Assembly: GCA_963706285.1 (NCBI GenBank)
Contig: CAVPLU010000016.1
Coordinates: 48,111-112,110 of the forward strand
Reading direction: 5' to 3'
Origin: Candidatus Bathyarchaeota archaeon
Lineage (GTDB): Archaea > Thermoproteota > Bathyarchaeia > 40CM-2-53-6
DNA length: 64,000 bases
Shown: positions 1 to 9,405 of the stretch, piece after piece
How the letters are laid out: every line of letters begins with the position of its first letter
Numbering within the stretch: the stretch's first letter is position 1
Position numbers and translations under genes: made by a program
Notes under the pieces: model-generated
Databases searched by the model: none
The model's input: only the letters and a program-made list of their open reading frames with translations
What the model was told of the DNA's origin: nothing

Positions 1-35
1 CGCGAGGATGAATTCCTTCAAGCGTCAGCGAGATC

Positions 36-323
36 TCACGTGACATCTGCCAGACGCGCATTGAAGCCAAGGCCGGCAGATCACAGTCACGCTTGAAGAA
101 TGATGCGGTGTGATATCACACGGGTCACAGTCATGTGATCCACAACTCCTACCTTAGCACGAACCTATCTCCTGAAGGCAATTACGCAGAAATTGAGCGT
201 AAATGGGAGGGCTAGATCACGCGACTCTCTCTCGAATGGGAACTCCTAGGAAAGACATGTTCGACCCGCGATCACGGCTGAGATCACGATCGTGACGTGT
301 GTGACGCGTCACAGCCAAATCAC
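36..323. repeat. Array of TCAC/GTGA half-sites including palindromes
   Basis: 10 TCAC plus 5 GTGA in about 290 bp. Palindromes TCACGTGA (36-43), GTGTGATATCACAC (108-121), TCACGATCGTGA (284-295) and TGTGACGCGTCACA (300-313). Confidence 0.7.
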
Positions 324-410
324 AAGGGTCAAAGACTGTGGAATTGACAAAGTCGCAGTATTCAAGACATAAAAGCCTAAGAGGGGAATTGTCAGGCGGC
401 ATGGATTACC

Positions 411-1115
411 TTGGATTATTTCTGGCTGTTCGCACCCATTTCGGCGGTTTTCGGAGCTCTACTGACTGGAGTTGTGCTTCGAAGGCTTGACATTTCTCGA
501 ATGAGCTACCGCGAAGCGAAGCAGATGCTGTCAGCGATCGTTGGTTCGCTGTCGAATCGGATCGAGCAGAATGAAGCACTCACGAAAGAATTGTCAGAGC
601 AGCTCGAGATCCTGTCGGCAAACCATGCACGCGTTAGTGTCGAAGGACAAACCGCTGACAAAGAACGACTTCTCATCTTCATGCAGGACTGGATGGGGAA
701 CCTGAAGCGGTTCATTGAGAAAGTGGATGGACTTCAGAAGAGCCTCAAGAGCGCTGAACATGAAATTCAGGAGATGCGAGTTCGCGTCGAACAGTTGAGC
801 GGTGCTCGCGCCCAAAGCTCAATCCCTTCAGAAGCACCAGTGGGTGTTGTGACAAAAGAGACGCTTACGAGGCTCTCGCCGACCGAGAAAACTGTGTTGG
901 AGCTTCTGATAGGTGGCCCAAAGGCAGCTCCTGAGATTGGGCGACTTGTAGGGAAATCACGTGAGCACACAGCCCGAATGATGAAGTCGCTCTTCGAACA
1001 GGGTTTCGTCGAGAGAGAAGCAAACCGTCAACCATACCAGTACCGTATCAACGACAAAGTTGGAGAGGTACTAGGACGCCCTTCTCAAGCAGAGGCTATT
1101 CAACGCGAAGGCTAG
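411..1115 (+). CDS. Membrane-anchored coiled-coil protein with C-terminal winged helix-turn-helix
   Basis: N-terminal hydrophobic helix (FWLFAPISAVFGALLTGVVL), heptad-like middle and C-terminal LSPTEKTVLELL..APEIGRLVGKSREHTARMMKSLFEQGFVER wHTH pattern. Confidence 0.8.
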   Translation: MDYFWLFAPISAVFGALLTGVVLRRLDISRMSYREAKQMLSAIVGSLSNRIEQNEALTKELSEQLEILSANHARVSVEGQTADKERLLIFMQDWMGNLKRFIEKVDGLQKSLKSAEHEIQEMRVRVEQLSGARAQSSIPSEAPVGVVTKETLTRLSPTEKTVLELLIGGPKAAPEIGRLVGKSREHTARMMKSLFEQGFVEREANRQPYQYRINDKVGEVLGRPSQAEAIQREG

Positions 1116-1507
1116 GCGTGCGCTGAGCGAGAGCAGTAGCGCCAACTACCGGGAGAACCGGAACGGTATAGGAGACCTCTGTCGACAAGCCTTGAAAGGT
1201 AGGTCGCAACCGTCGTCAGGGGAATTGGTTCGGCATACAATTGCTGGTACAATGTCCTGACTTCATGCGAAGAAAATGTGGCTTCCCGAAGCCTGTGAAC
1301 TACGAGATCTCGAACGCGCTCCAGTTTGGTACGCGCGTATTGGGATGGATCCTGGGTTGCTGATTGTGAGGAAACGCCGCCCATGAGCTCCGTGTAGTCG
1401 AGGATTCTCGCAATCTTCTCTCGAGTAAGAGGGCCCTCGAGAGAAACGGTATGCCGGCAGCCTGAATCGTCATAGAACTCAATTCTAAGACGTTTGACTG
1501 CCAACAC
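1112..1507 (-). CDS. Small protein with C-terminal winged-helix domain, divergent from oriC/cdc6
   Basis: FSSHEVRTLYQQLYAEPIPLTTVATYLSRLVDRGLLYR wHTH-like segment. Converges on 411-1115 with a 4-bp stop overlap. Confidence 0.75.
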   Translation of the reverse strand: MLAVKRLRIEFYDDSGCRHTVSLEGPLTREKIARILDYTELMGGVSSQSATQDPSQYARTKLERVRDLVVHRLREATFSSHEVRTLYQQLYAEPIPLTTVATYLSRLVDRGLLYRSGSPGSWRYCSRSAHA

Positions 1508-1585
1508 GCGACACTCTCACGAGTCTGTGTGAACGACGTGTAGATAAAGGGATTATGTGTGACATGACTGTTACTCCTTGGTCAG

Positions 1586-2071
1586 TTCCAATGGAAAAAT
1601 GAAGTATTCCAGCGGAAACGGAGGGGTGTGTCCTAGTTCACTTAATGTGAACCTATTTCTTGCCTGAAAACTTCCACAAAGCCCAGACCTGGTTGAGATA
1701 TGATTATGATTACACATGATGACAGTTGAATGTGAAGTGTCCCTAACCCCTGCCTTTCCAGTGGAGTTCGTTTTGACATTTCACGGTCTGAAAAAGAGTC
1801 TTAGTGTTACTACTACAATAATTAGCATAACCTTCCTTATCCTAAAACTCTCGCTAATATACACAGGATTTTTTTCTCAACACTACACTTCACTTCTTTA
1901 GGAATACGTTTCTCCAGGGGAAGTGCACGGGTGCCGGGGAGGTAATGCTCAACTCCATACAAATCAATATGATTCAGGTTTCACGATTTTTTTGTTGCAA
2001 CTAGTCTTACTTCTTCGACAATGATGATTATTATGAGTTCAAGTAGAAAGACGGGGATTACCAGTGGAGAT
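1586..2071. promoter_or_regulatory. Probable replication origin (oriC) with ORB elements
   Basis: ORB TTCCAGCGGAAACGGAGGGGT (1607-1627, +) and inverted ORB CTCCACTGGAAAGGCAGGGGT (1746-1766, -). Weaker boxes at 1586-1598, 1912-1932 and 2059-2071. AT-rich, gene-free and directly upstream of cdc6. Confidence 0.85.
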
Positions 2072-2076
2072 GCCTA

Positions 2077-3342
2077 ATGGAGAAGCCTAGTATGAAATCA
2101 GCAGACGTTCTTGAAGGCATCTTTGAGAACTTCCTCACTGGACCACAACTGTTCATTAATCGAGAAGTTCTGAGAAACGACTACATCCCCAGCACGCTAC
2201 CTCACCGTGCAGAACACATTCAGAGACTAGGCGGTATACTCGCGCCGGCCCTGAGTGGTTCCAAGATATCCAACCTTTTCGTGTATGGGAAGACTGGAAC
2301 CGGGAAAACCATAGTAGCAAAATTCGTGTTAGAGAGACTGAAGAAGAAGGCCGAGGATGTCGGCACACCTGTTCGAATCTCATACGTCAACTGTCGCATG
2401 GCAGGAAGCAACTATCGAGTGCTCGCTGATCTCTGTCGCTGCGTCGGAGTTGAGATTCCCTTCACAGGCCTGGCATTAGGTGAAGTTCTGGATAGATTCA
2501 GGACCGGCCTAAACGCCGACAAAACCCCTCTCATAGTTGTCTTAGATGAAATAGACGCCCTCGTCAAGGGTCGTCAAGACGACTCCCTGCTCTATGAATT
2601 GACCAGAATCAATGAAGAGCTTGGCCAAAGCTGGATTGGAATAGTCGGCGTCTCCAACGATCTCCACTTCAAAGAGTTCCTCGACCCTCGAGTGCTGAGT
2701 TCTCTAAGCGAAGAAGAGGTCGTCTTCAGGCCCTATCTCGCAAACGAACTCTACGACATTCTCCTCGACAGAGCCAAACTAGCGTTTGCTGATGGAATCC
2801 TATCGGAACCCCCCCTCCGACTCTGTGCAGGGCTCGCAGCCGGCGAACACGGCGACGCCAGAAGAGCACTCGACCTATTACGAGTGGCAGGAGAGCTTGC
2901 GGAACGCGAAGGCGCACGCACGATCCAGGAGGACCATGTCAAACGTGCGCAACACAAGATTGAACACGACAGAGTCGCCGAAGTGCTGAAGTCACTTCCT
3001 GTACATTCAAAGGTCGTGTTGGTCTGCGCGTATCTGGCCACTAATCAGGCGCCAGAAGGCGTGATCACAGGCGACATCTACGAGGTCTATCATGAGCTGT
3101 GCTCAGCGGCAGGGTTGGATCCACTTACGCAACGGCGTGTGAGCGGCCTAGTGAACGAGCTTGATGTAATGGGAATTCTCAACGCAAGGGTCGTAAGCTT
3201 CGGCCGGTACGGTAGAACTAAGAAGATAAGACTCGGCGTCTCACCTAGAGTCATCGTTGAAACCTACTCGGAAGACACCCTCGTCGGACGATTATTCAGC
3301 CACGTACCCAGATCTCTCCAGAAGCGCCCAGGAATCGCTTAG
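2077..3342 (+). CDS. cdc6: Orc1/Cdc6 replication initiator
   Basis: Walker A GKTGTGKT, Walker B VVLDEID, GDARRALDLLR sensor and C-terminal wHTH with GRYGRTKKI. Confidence 0.97.
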   Translation: MEKPSMKSADVLEGIFENFLTGPQLFINREVLRNDYIPSTLPHRAEHIQRLGGILAPALSGSKISNLFVYGKTGTGKTIVAKFVLERLKKKAEDVGTPVRISYVNCRMAGSNYRVLADLCRCVGVEIPFTGLALGEVLDRFRTGLNADKTPLIVVLDEIDALVKGRQDDSLLYELTRINEELGQSWIGIVGVSNDLHFKEFLDPRVLSSLSEEEVVFRPYLANELYDILLDRAKLAFADGILSEPPLRLCAGLAAGEHGDARRALDLLRVAGELAEREGARTIQEDHVKRAQHKIEHDRVAEVLKSLPVHSKVVLVCAYLATNQAPEGVITGDIYEVYHELCSAAGLDPLTQRRVSGLVNELDVMGILNARVVSFGRYGRTKKIRLGVSPRVIVETYSEDTLVGRLFSHVPRSLQKRPGIA

Positions 3343-3913
3343 AGCTGTCGGCATAGACGACGGCCCATCAAAACGCAGTGGAACAACGAAGTCATCTACG
3401 TCTCACGCCTCGTTGGTCGCAGTCTGGTTTGACCAACTAAGATTCGACCAAATACGCATCGGAGTTCTGGAAGTTGATGGACTGGATTCAACCAACGTAA
3501 TCCTCAAGCTACTCAGGGGAACACGAACAGACATAATCTTTCTTTCAGGAATCACCTTCGCAGGATTCAACATCGTCGATTCTACCCGACTTCACAATAC
3601 GCTTCACATTCCGATTATCGTTGTCTGCCGAGAGAAGCCTGATAATCGCTCCGTCAAACGTGCGCTTCAGAAGCATTTCACAGACTGGGAGAAACGATGG
3701 GAGCTGGTGCGCAAGTTTGGGAGGATATACTCATTCGCGCCGAAACCGTCAGAGCAGCCTCTACATTTTGAAGCTGTTGGCATCTCAGCAGCCCATGCGA
3801 AGAAGGTCATCAGTGCCTACTGTGCCACGTCGAGGATTCCCGAACCTATCCGGGTTGCCGGCATCGTCGCAAAAGGACTAGCTCTAACCGGCGCGGAGCT
3901 AAACGCTCGATAG
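3257..3913 (+). CDS. DUF99/UPF0215 family protein (endonuclease V-like fold); true start uncertain
   Basis: GIDDG, VDGLDST, LSGITFAGFNIVD and PEPIRVA motifs. Confidence 0.85.
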   Translation: MKPTRKTPSSDDYSATYPDLSRSAQESLRAVGIDDGPSKRSGTTKSSTSHASLVAVWFDQLRFDQIRIGVLEVDGLDSTNVILKLLRGTRTDIIFLSGITFAGFNIVDSTRLHNTLHIPIIVVCREKPDNRSVKRALQKHFTDWEKRWELVRKFGRIYSFAPKPSEQPLHFEAVGISAAHAKKVISAYCATSRIPEPIRVAGIVAKGLALTGAELNAR

Positions 3914-5428
3914 ACATGAAGTCGGTGACGCTAAGCTTCAGCGTCTGAAGGTTCACTACCGGGAGCAGACCAGGCGTAGGCTTTAGGCCCATTCGCTGCT
4001 GATATTCCGTCTGATGCTTGCCACGCACCCGAGTTCACAATGAGCGTCCCTCGATACTGCTCGTGACCAAAGACGTGAATATGTCCTGAATGAAATACGT
4101 CGGGCGGATTCTCAATTATCAAATGATCCTCTGGCATTGGCGCGATAGATGTTCGGTTGCCGTACTCAGGAGCCAAATGTCTGCATCGAAGCTGAAGCTC
4201 CATCGCCCTCTCGGGTTTGTCGAAACTCATTCCAGGAGCGCTTGTCAACATGTCCTCAAGGCTTCGGCCGTGATGTACGAGGAAACGTACTCCATGAAGC
4301 TCCACTTCGCATGGGTTCCCTAGCGACGTAACGTGTCGTGCCTCATAGACGGGTTCACCATACTCTCTCGAGATCGCGGGTTGGGGGAGCGCCTGTCTTA
4401 CGCCGTCGTGATTGCCTGGACTGATAATGACTTCCATGTGTTCTGGTATCTGTTGGATGAATCGAGCAGCATACTTGTACTGCTCGTAGATGTCTGGAAT
4501 GGTTAGCTCGTCCTCTTGGCGAGGATAGACTCCTATTCCATCTACGAGATCTCCAGCGATGATGACGTACTTGGTTCGTTGAGCAACGTAGACTTGTTGA
4601 GGGTTTCCCACTTCGCCGTTAAGCCAACGAATTGCACGTTTGAAAGCGTCTTCCAGGAACTTGTTGCTACCAACATGAATGTCAGATAGGAGAACCGCGT
4701 AGACTTCTTCCTTTGCGCCTCGGGGCCTTCTCTCCGGGATATCTGGAAGCGTGACTCTCTGGGCGACGAGGAGACTCCGGCTGCTCTTCACGGCTTCGAT
4801 GCAGACAACTTGGTCGAGCGGAGCCGTTAGAGCCATCTCGTAGAGTTGACGGTCGCGGTCTGTTGGGACCAGAACCTGTGCCGTGTCTTCGAAATCGTCC
4901 ACGCTTAGGAAGAGCTTGTTTCCTCGCTCACGCTTATCCATTATCATCCCAATGAACTTCACATGTGCGCTCTGCTGTGCGTTGAGAGCATCGGATATCG
5001 TGCCTGCATCTCTGGCGTCGCTTCTTCGTTGAAGGATCTCACGCATCTTCACGAATCGGTCTCGGAAGTGCCGGTTGAAGTCGTCCATTGATCCACCGAA
5101 GGTCGACATGCTGGAAGGGTCTTTCAACACCTTCAATTCGCTCTGGATCTGAGCCGCAACTGGGGCTCCGGCTCTGACGGGTTCGGAGATTCGAATCGTC
5201 TCAGCCAGCGGGAGCATGTGATTGAGGACTAGTTCAACAACGGGGCGGTCAATCAGGTGTTGCTTAGGATGCTGCTTCTTTGCCGCCGCGATCAATTCTT
5301 CAGCCAGTCTTATCTTGGTCGAGGCTGCCGGCCGAAGCCTGAATGAGGTCGAAGGCGTCCGTGCCAAATTGCCATCCTGCAGAGAGCACGCGCTCAACCA
5401 CATGCCTGAAGCCTTCGTGGACCTGCAA
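3846..5428 (-). CDS. DNA polymerase D small subunit (DP1); apparent frameshifts near 5310 and 4015
   Basis: OB-fold plus phosphoesterase motifs SDIHVGS, AGDLVDGIG, PGNHD, HLAP and GHIH. The expected C-terminus QTEYQQRMGLKPTPG is in the ORF 3846-4028 frame. The N-terminus MQVHEGFRHVVERVLSAGWQF is in another frame from a TTG at 5428. Confidence 0.92.
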
Positions 5429-5571
5429 CCGCGCTGCCTCTTAGCTGATAACTCAGAAGCCCTACTACACCTCTAGATCATGTCAGGGCGATCTTAAGCG
5501 AAGTGGTGGCCTTCCATGATGGCTTCATTAATCTGGATGCTCGTGGAACGAGTCACTGGTGCTGAAGCCGC

Positions 5572-6546
5572 TTGGATCTCCGTCGACTCCAAAGAACGTC
5601 AGATGGAACATTCTTCGTAACTCTACCCAAACCCTGGGTCGTCAAGAACAGGCTTGAGAAAGGTGCCATTCTAAGTTTCTCGGAGCGGAAAGACGGGAAG
5701 CTGCTTACTGAGCCATATGGCGAGCAGGAACGGAAGATCAGCACGGTCACGTTGGCGCCGAGCCCGATGTTGCGGCGAGAGATCGAGGAGAATTATCTCC
5801 TCGGATACGACGTATTCGAAATAGTCTCACAGCAAGCCATTCACTCAGACACGAGAGAGACGGTGAGAAGGATCGTTCGTAGCTTGGTGGGTCTTGAGAT
5901 TGTGGAGGAGGATACGAAGAAGATAGTCATACAATGCCTCATCGAACCATCGCTGCTCTTTCCGGACAAGATCCTGCGAAGGCTCCACTTGATCACATTG
6001 TCGATGCAGAAGGACGCTGTTTCATCGTTTGTTAGCGGCGATTCAAAGTTCGCTCACACCGTGATCGAACGCGACGAAGATGTTGACAGACTATACTTCC
6101 TTCTCGTGCGAGTTGTCCGAGCGGCTTTGACTGATCCGGCGATCGCTGAGAAACTTGCCACGAGCGCCATAGAGTGCCTCGACCATAGGATTCTCGCGAG
6201 TCTCGTTGAGAACTTCGCGGACTATGCCACCGATATTGCAGAAAGTACGTGGGCACGGGGAAAAGGTAGAGATATGGAGAGTACGATTCGAAGCATCGAG
6301 AAGGCGGGCGGCATTCTCAACCGCATGCACAAAGACGCGGTTGAAGCCGTGTTTACCAGAAACCTTGCGCTCGCTGAAGAAGCAACAAGCCTCTACAGGG
6401 ACGCAGAAACAAGCATCAAGACCGCAGAGCGGGGATTAGTTAACGCAAAGCCGGAAACCATCGATCGGTTGGCAACTGTTGTGTCCGCGCTGAAAGCGAT
6501 GTCAGAAATAAATGTCGACATTGCCGATTTGGCAGTCACTCGGTAG
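5572..6546 (+). CDS. AbrB-PhoU phosphate uptake regulator
   Basis: N-terminal RRLQ..FVTLPKPWV AbrB-like domain and ERDEDVDRLYFL PhoU repeat. Confidence 0.9.
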   Translation: MDLRRLQRTSDGTFFVTLPKPWVVKNRLEKGAILSFSERKDGKLLTEPYGEQERKISTVTLAPSPMLRREIEENYLLGYDVFEIVSQQAIHSDTRETVRRIVRSLVGLEIVEEDTKKIVIQCLIEPSLLFPDKILRRLHLITLSMQKDAVSSFVSGDSKFAHTVIERDEDVDRLYFLLVRVVRAALTDPAIAEKLATSAIECLDHRILASLVENFADYATDIAESTWARGKGRDMESTIRSIEKAGGILNRMHKDAVEAVFTRNLALAEEATSLYRDAETSIKTAERGLVNAKPETIDRLATVVSALKAMSEINVDIADLAVTR

Positions 6547-7105
6547 CTCGTCGCCGCGTCTTGCTCGCGTGTCGATATCGTCTAGCATGTGTTGCGAGGT
6601 AGTATAGTGCGGAGATTGTTTTTGCATCCTGGATCTTACCACGCTCGATCGCTCTTAGGGCTTGACGCAAATCGACGGCCTGAATAGCGATTGACTCGTC
6701 TTCTTCCTGTTTCCCCTTGGCTGGAATGAGTCGTGTCGCAAGGAAGAAGTGAATCTTCTCTGTGCTATAACCCGGTGCCAGATAGCAGGAGAACAGCTTC
6801 CTAATTCGTTTCGCTGCATATCCAGTCTCTTCGACAAGTTCCCTCTTTGCGCACGATAGAGGGCTCTCGCCTGGTTCGAGCGTTCCGGCGGGGATCTCCA
6901 TCAGCTGTCTATGCGTAGCCGCCCTGTACTGCTTAACGACTAGGAGCTTGCCGTTGTCTAGGATGGGGATGATTGCAGCGGCTCCTGGGTGCTCTACGAT
7001 CTCTCTAGTAGTCTCTCTACCGTTCGCTAGCTTGACTCTGTCAACGTGTAGTCTGAGTACTCTTCCTCTGTAGATGGTTCGGCTGCTGATGGTCGATTCG
7101 GTCAT
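6536..7105 (-). CDS. NUDIX hydrolase (ADP-ribose pyrophosphatase-like)
   Basis: Nudix box PAGTLEPGESPLSCAKRELVEETGY and IQDAKT motif. Confidence 0.92.
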   Translation of the reverse strand: MTESTISSRTIYRGRVLRLHVDRVKLANGRETTREIVEHPGAAAIIPILDNGKLLVVKQYRAATHRQLMEIPAGTLEPGESPLSCAKRELVEETGYAAKRIRKLFSCYLAPGYSTEKIHFFLATRLIPAKGKQEEDESIAIQAVDLRQALRAIERGKIQDAKTISALYYLATHARRYRHASKTRRRATE

Positions 7106-7244
7106 TATGCTCTTCAGCGTCTCTCATCGAGCACGGATATAGGCCCAGTCCTAAGGAAGGAATTTACACGCTACGCCCCGCAAGAAACACTACGATAAGG
7201 TACAATAGTACACACGGCGTTGGGCAGAAAGTCCTCCACGGATG

Positions 7245-7607
7245 CTATGCGTGCAGCCACAGAAGGTACGACGCCTGTCCCTTGCAGTGAGAGCATCTAC
7301 AGGCAGGGGTTGGAACGAACTCAGCTGGAATCCATGTCTCCAATAGACGGGATTGGGTTTCAAGACCGCAATTTGCGCAGAATACTCCCTCAAGTGTCCA
7401 TGCCATCTTTTCTGAACCGCACTCGCATGTTTCTCGTTCGAACTCAAGATCCGCCTTTGATATTCTAACCGCTCGTTTGAGGAACTTCGTCTTGTAGTAT
7501 CGTTTCTGTTTCCACATGAGATAGCATTCGTGGGAGCAGACGCGTCGTGGTCTACCGAAACTGTAGGGGATCTCTTTTCCGCAGACGACGCATGCGTTTT
7601 GAGCCAT
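7245..7607 (-). CDS. Small Cys-rich putative zinc-finger protein
   Basis: CVVCGK..CSHEC, CECGS and CANCG pairs. Confidence 0.55.
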   Translation of the reverse strand: MAQNACVVCGKEIPYSFGRPRRVCSHECYLMWKQKRYYKTKFLKRAVRISKADLEFERETCECGSEKMAWTLEGVFCANCGLETQSRLLETWIPAEFVPTPACRCSHCKGQASYLLWLHA

Positions 7608-7938
7608 GGACGGTTCTCTCGCTTTCTTTGTTCGATTGTATCGGCTAGGATGCCAACTGTTTCTTAAGCATATTCGAGTGCTCGTGTAGGCTCTAATGGG
7701 CGGTTACTTTCAGAATAGATGAACACTTCTCGCTCGTGGGAAGTCGTAGAGTCGCAGCATCTTCAGTGATCTCTACTTTAGGGTCGAGAATTCTCACACG
7801 AACAAGTACATCTCGTCATATGGTTTGTATGGATAGCTAGCAGGTTCTTTGAAAGATCCTCACGCGGGCTCGGGTGAGAGCGTCAGTGGAGTGATGGTAG
7901 GGAACGACATTTATGCGTGGCAAGCATCCGGTCGTGGT

Positions 7939-8078
7939 GCCCGGGTTGCCGAGCCAGGTACGGCGACAGAGCCTATGCGTTTCGGTGCGCTGGGCGTTGA
8001 ACCTCGAGATCGCAATAAATCGGACCAAGTAAGCTGTTGGTCCTCTGGGCCGCGTGGGTTCAAATCCCACCCCGGGCG
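7939..8078 (+). tRNA. tRNA-Ser(CGA) with two introns (7970-8001 at position 30/31; 8009-8031 at 37/38)
   Basis: Acceptor GCCCGGG/CCCGGGC with G discriminator, long variable arm and T-arm GTGGG-TTCAAAT-CCCAC. Removing both inserts restores stem ACAGC/GCTGT and loop CTCGAGA. Intron 1 forms a BHB (CGAC/GTTG helix with 3-nt bulges). Confidence 0.88.
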
Positions 8079-8147
8079 CCTAATCAAGCCCAGTGCAGAC
8101 GATCACAAAATCTCCAATCGCGACTAGAGTAGCTTGGGTCGCTGATG

Positions 8148-8402
8148 CTACGCGAAAAGCACCTTTCGCAGGGCGTCTTCGAGCGTATTCGGATTGGAAA
8201 GCGCGGCTCCTGCTAACCGGATTTTTCCGTCAACCTCAACGACCGGAATGATGTTCTTGTATCTTTCAAAGAGCTGCGAATCCGTTGTGATGTCTTTGAT
8301 TGAAATCTCGAAGGATTGCTCATCTCTGAGTTTCAGTAGCTCAGTTAGTACGCGCTCACAGAGATGGCATCCATCCTTTGTGTACAAAACCACTTTATGC
8401 AA
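8148..8402 (-). CDS. Glutaredoxin-like protein (DUF836 type)
   Basis: LYTKDGCHLC and IPVVEVDG motifs. Confidence 0.85.
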   Translation of the reverse strand: MHKVVLYTKDGCHLCERVLTELLKLRDEQSFEISIKDITTDSQLFERYKNIIPVVEVDGKIRLAGAALSNPNTLEDALRKVLFA

Positions 8403-8705
8403 ACGGGCTCACTTCGCTGCTATCAACCGTCGCTCTAATCCCATTGCGACATTGATCAATTTGACTGCACGCGTGTTTCACGTGAGCGAGCAGCATAACG
8501 AATTGTCCATTAGAATCCTGATCCCTAGAAGAGAGACCGACCACTTTCTCATACGAGAGTGGACTCGGACACCACACAATTGCTCGTATCACGGAAACTC
8601 GGAGTCGAGAATTCTTTGACTGATCTTGTCACATAATAAGCGCCTGTTGGAGAAGAGAAAAATGAGCTAAGGTTTATTCTCAGCTAGTTCGATGGAGATG
8701 ATTCC

Positions 8706-9323
8706 ATGTTCAAATTGTTGATCCTAGACATGGAGCCATTGATTTTCAATGCAGAGTATCTGCCGCTTTTGGCTAAGGAGGTCGGATTGGAAGAAAAGGT
8801 TGCCAAAATAACGAGCGATGGGTTAAGTGGAAGGATAGAGTGGAAAGTAGGACTGATTGAAAGAATCAAATTGCTAAAAGGGATTCCGCTAGATGTTGTC
8901 AAAAGAGTTGCGGATGAAATAGATTATACTGAAGGAATCCAGGATGTTTTTAGATTTGCAAAAGAAAAAGGAATAATCACGGCAGTAATAACTGGAGGTT
9001 TCAGGATTCAGGCCAGAAGAATAGAAGACGAGCAGGGAGCCGACTATATTCTTGCGAACGACCTGATCTTTAAAGAAAACAAACTTCACGACGTTAAGGT
9101 TCACGTTCACGCGAATAAGAATAGTCATGTAAACTTCCTCAAAGCACTTCTTGGAATTGACTCTCAAGACATTATAGCAGTCGGAGAAGGCATGAACGAT
9201 CTCACCATGCTCAAGAACAATTTCGGAGTAGGCTACAATCCAACTAATGAGAGGGTCAGAAAAGCATGCAAAGTGATCATTGAAAAACCAATAGAATTGA
9301 TCCATATCCTTGAAGCATCTTGA
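8706..9323 (+). CDS. HAD phosphoserine phosphatase-like protein
   Basis: SerB-like layout: ILDME motif I variant, ITGGF and AVGEGMND. Visibly AT-richer than neighbouring genes. Confidence 0.75.
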   Translation: MFKLLILDMEPLIFNAEYLPLLAKEVGLEEKVAKITSDGLSGRIEWKVGLIERIKLLKGIPLDVVKRVADEIDYTEGIQDVFRFAKEKGIITAVITGGFRIQARRIEDEQGADYILANDLIFKENKLHDVKVHVHANKNSHVNFLKALLGIDSQDIIAVGEGMNDLTMLKNNFGVGYNPTNERVRKACKVIIEKPIELIHILEAS

Positions 9324-9332
9324 AAATTCCAC

Positions 9333-9369
9333 GTTCAAATTCGACTCTACGCACCATGAGATCCACACA
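9333..9369 (+). repeat. Dispersed site: tRNA-3'-like arm plus CGCACCA-N6-CCACACA
   Basis: GTTCAAAT-TCGAC-TCTACGC-ACCA-TGAGAT-CCACACA. Confidence 0.75.
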
Positions 9370-9405
9370 AGAGAATCCGAATGCATGACGTTTGGCTGTT
9401 AGGCG

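Noticed and set aside
3931-5403. Programmed frameshifting or pseudogenisation of DP1
   Set aside because: The gene is essential, no slippery site is seen, and indels are widespread in the window, so assembly error is more likely.
7837-8127. ORFs 7837-8070 and 7849-8127
   Set aside because: Shadows of the tRNA gene (the MGFEP antisense signature).
9350-9369. Canonical Xer dif site
   Set aside because: It has a 6-bp spacer and a GGTGCG resemblance, but the two arms are not inverted repeats and lack the TAA-N6-TTA core.
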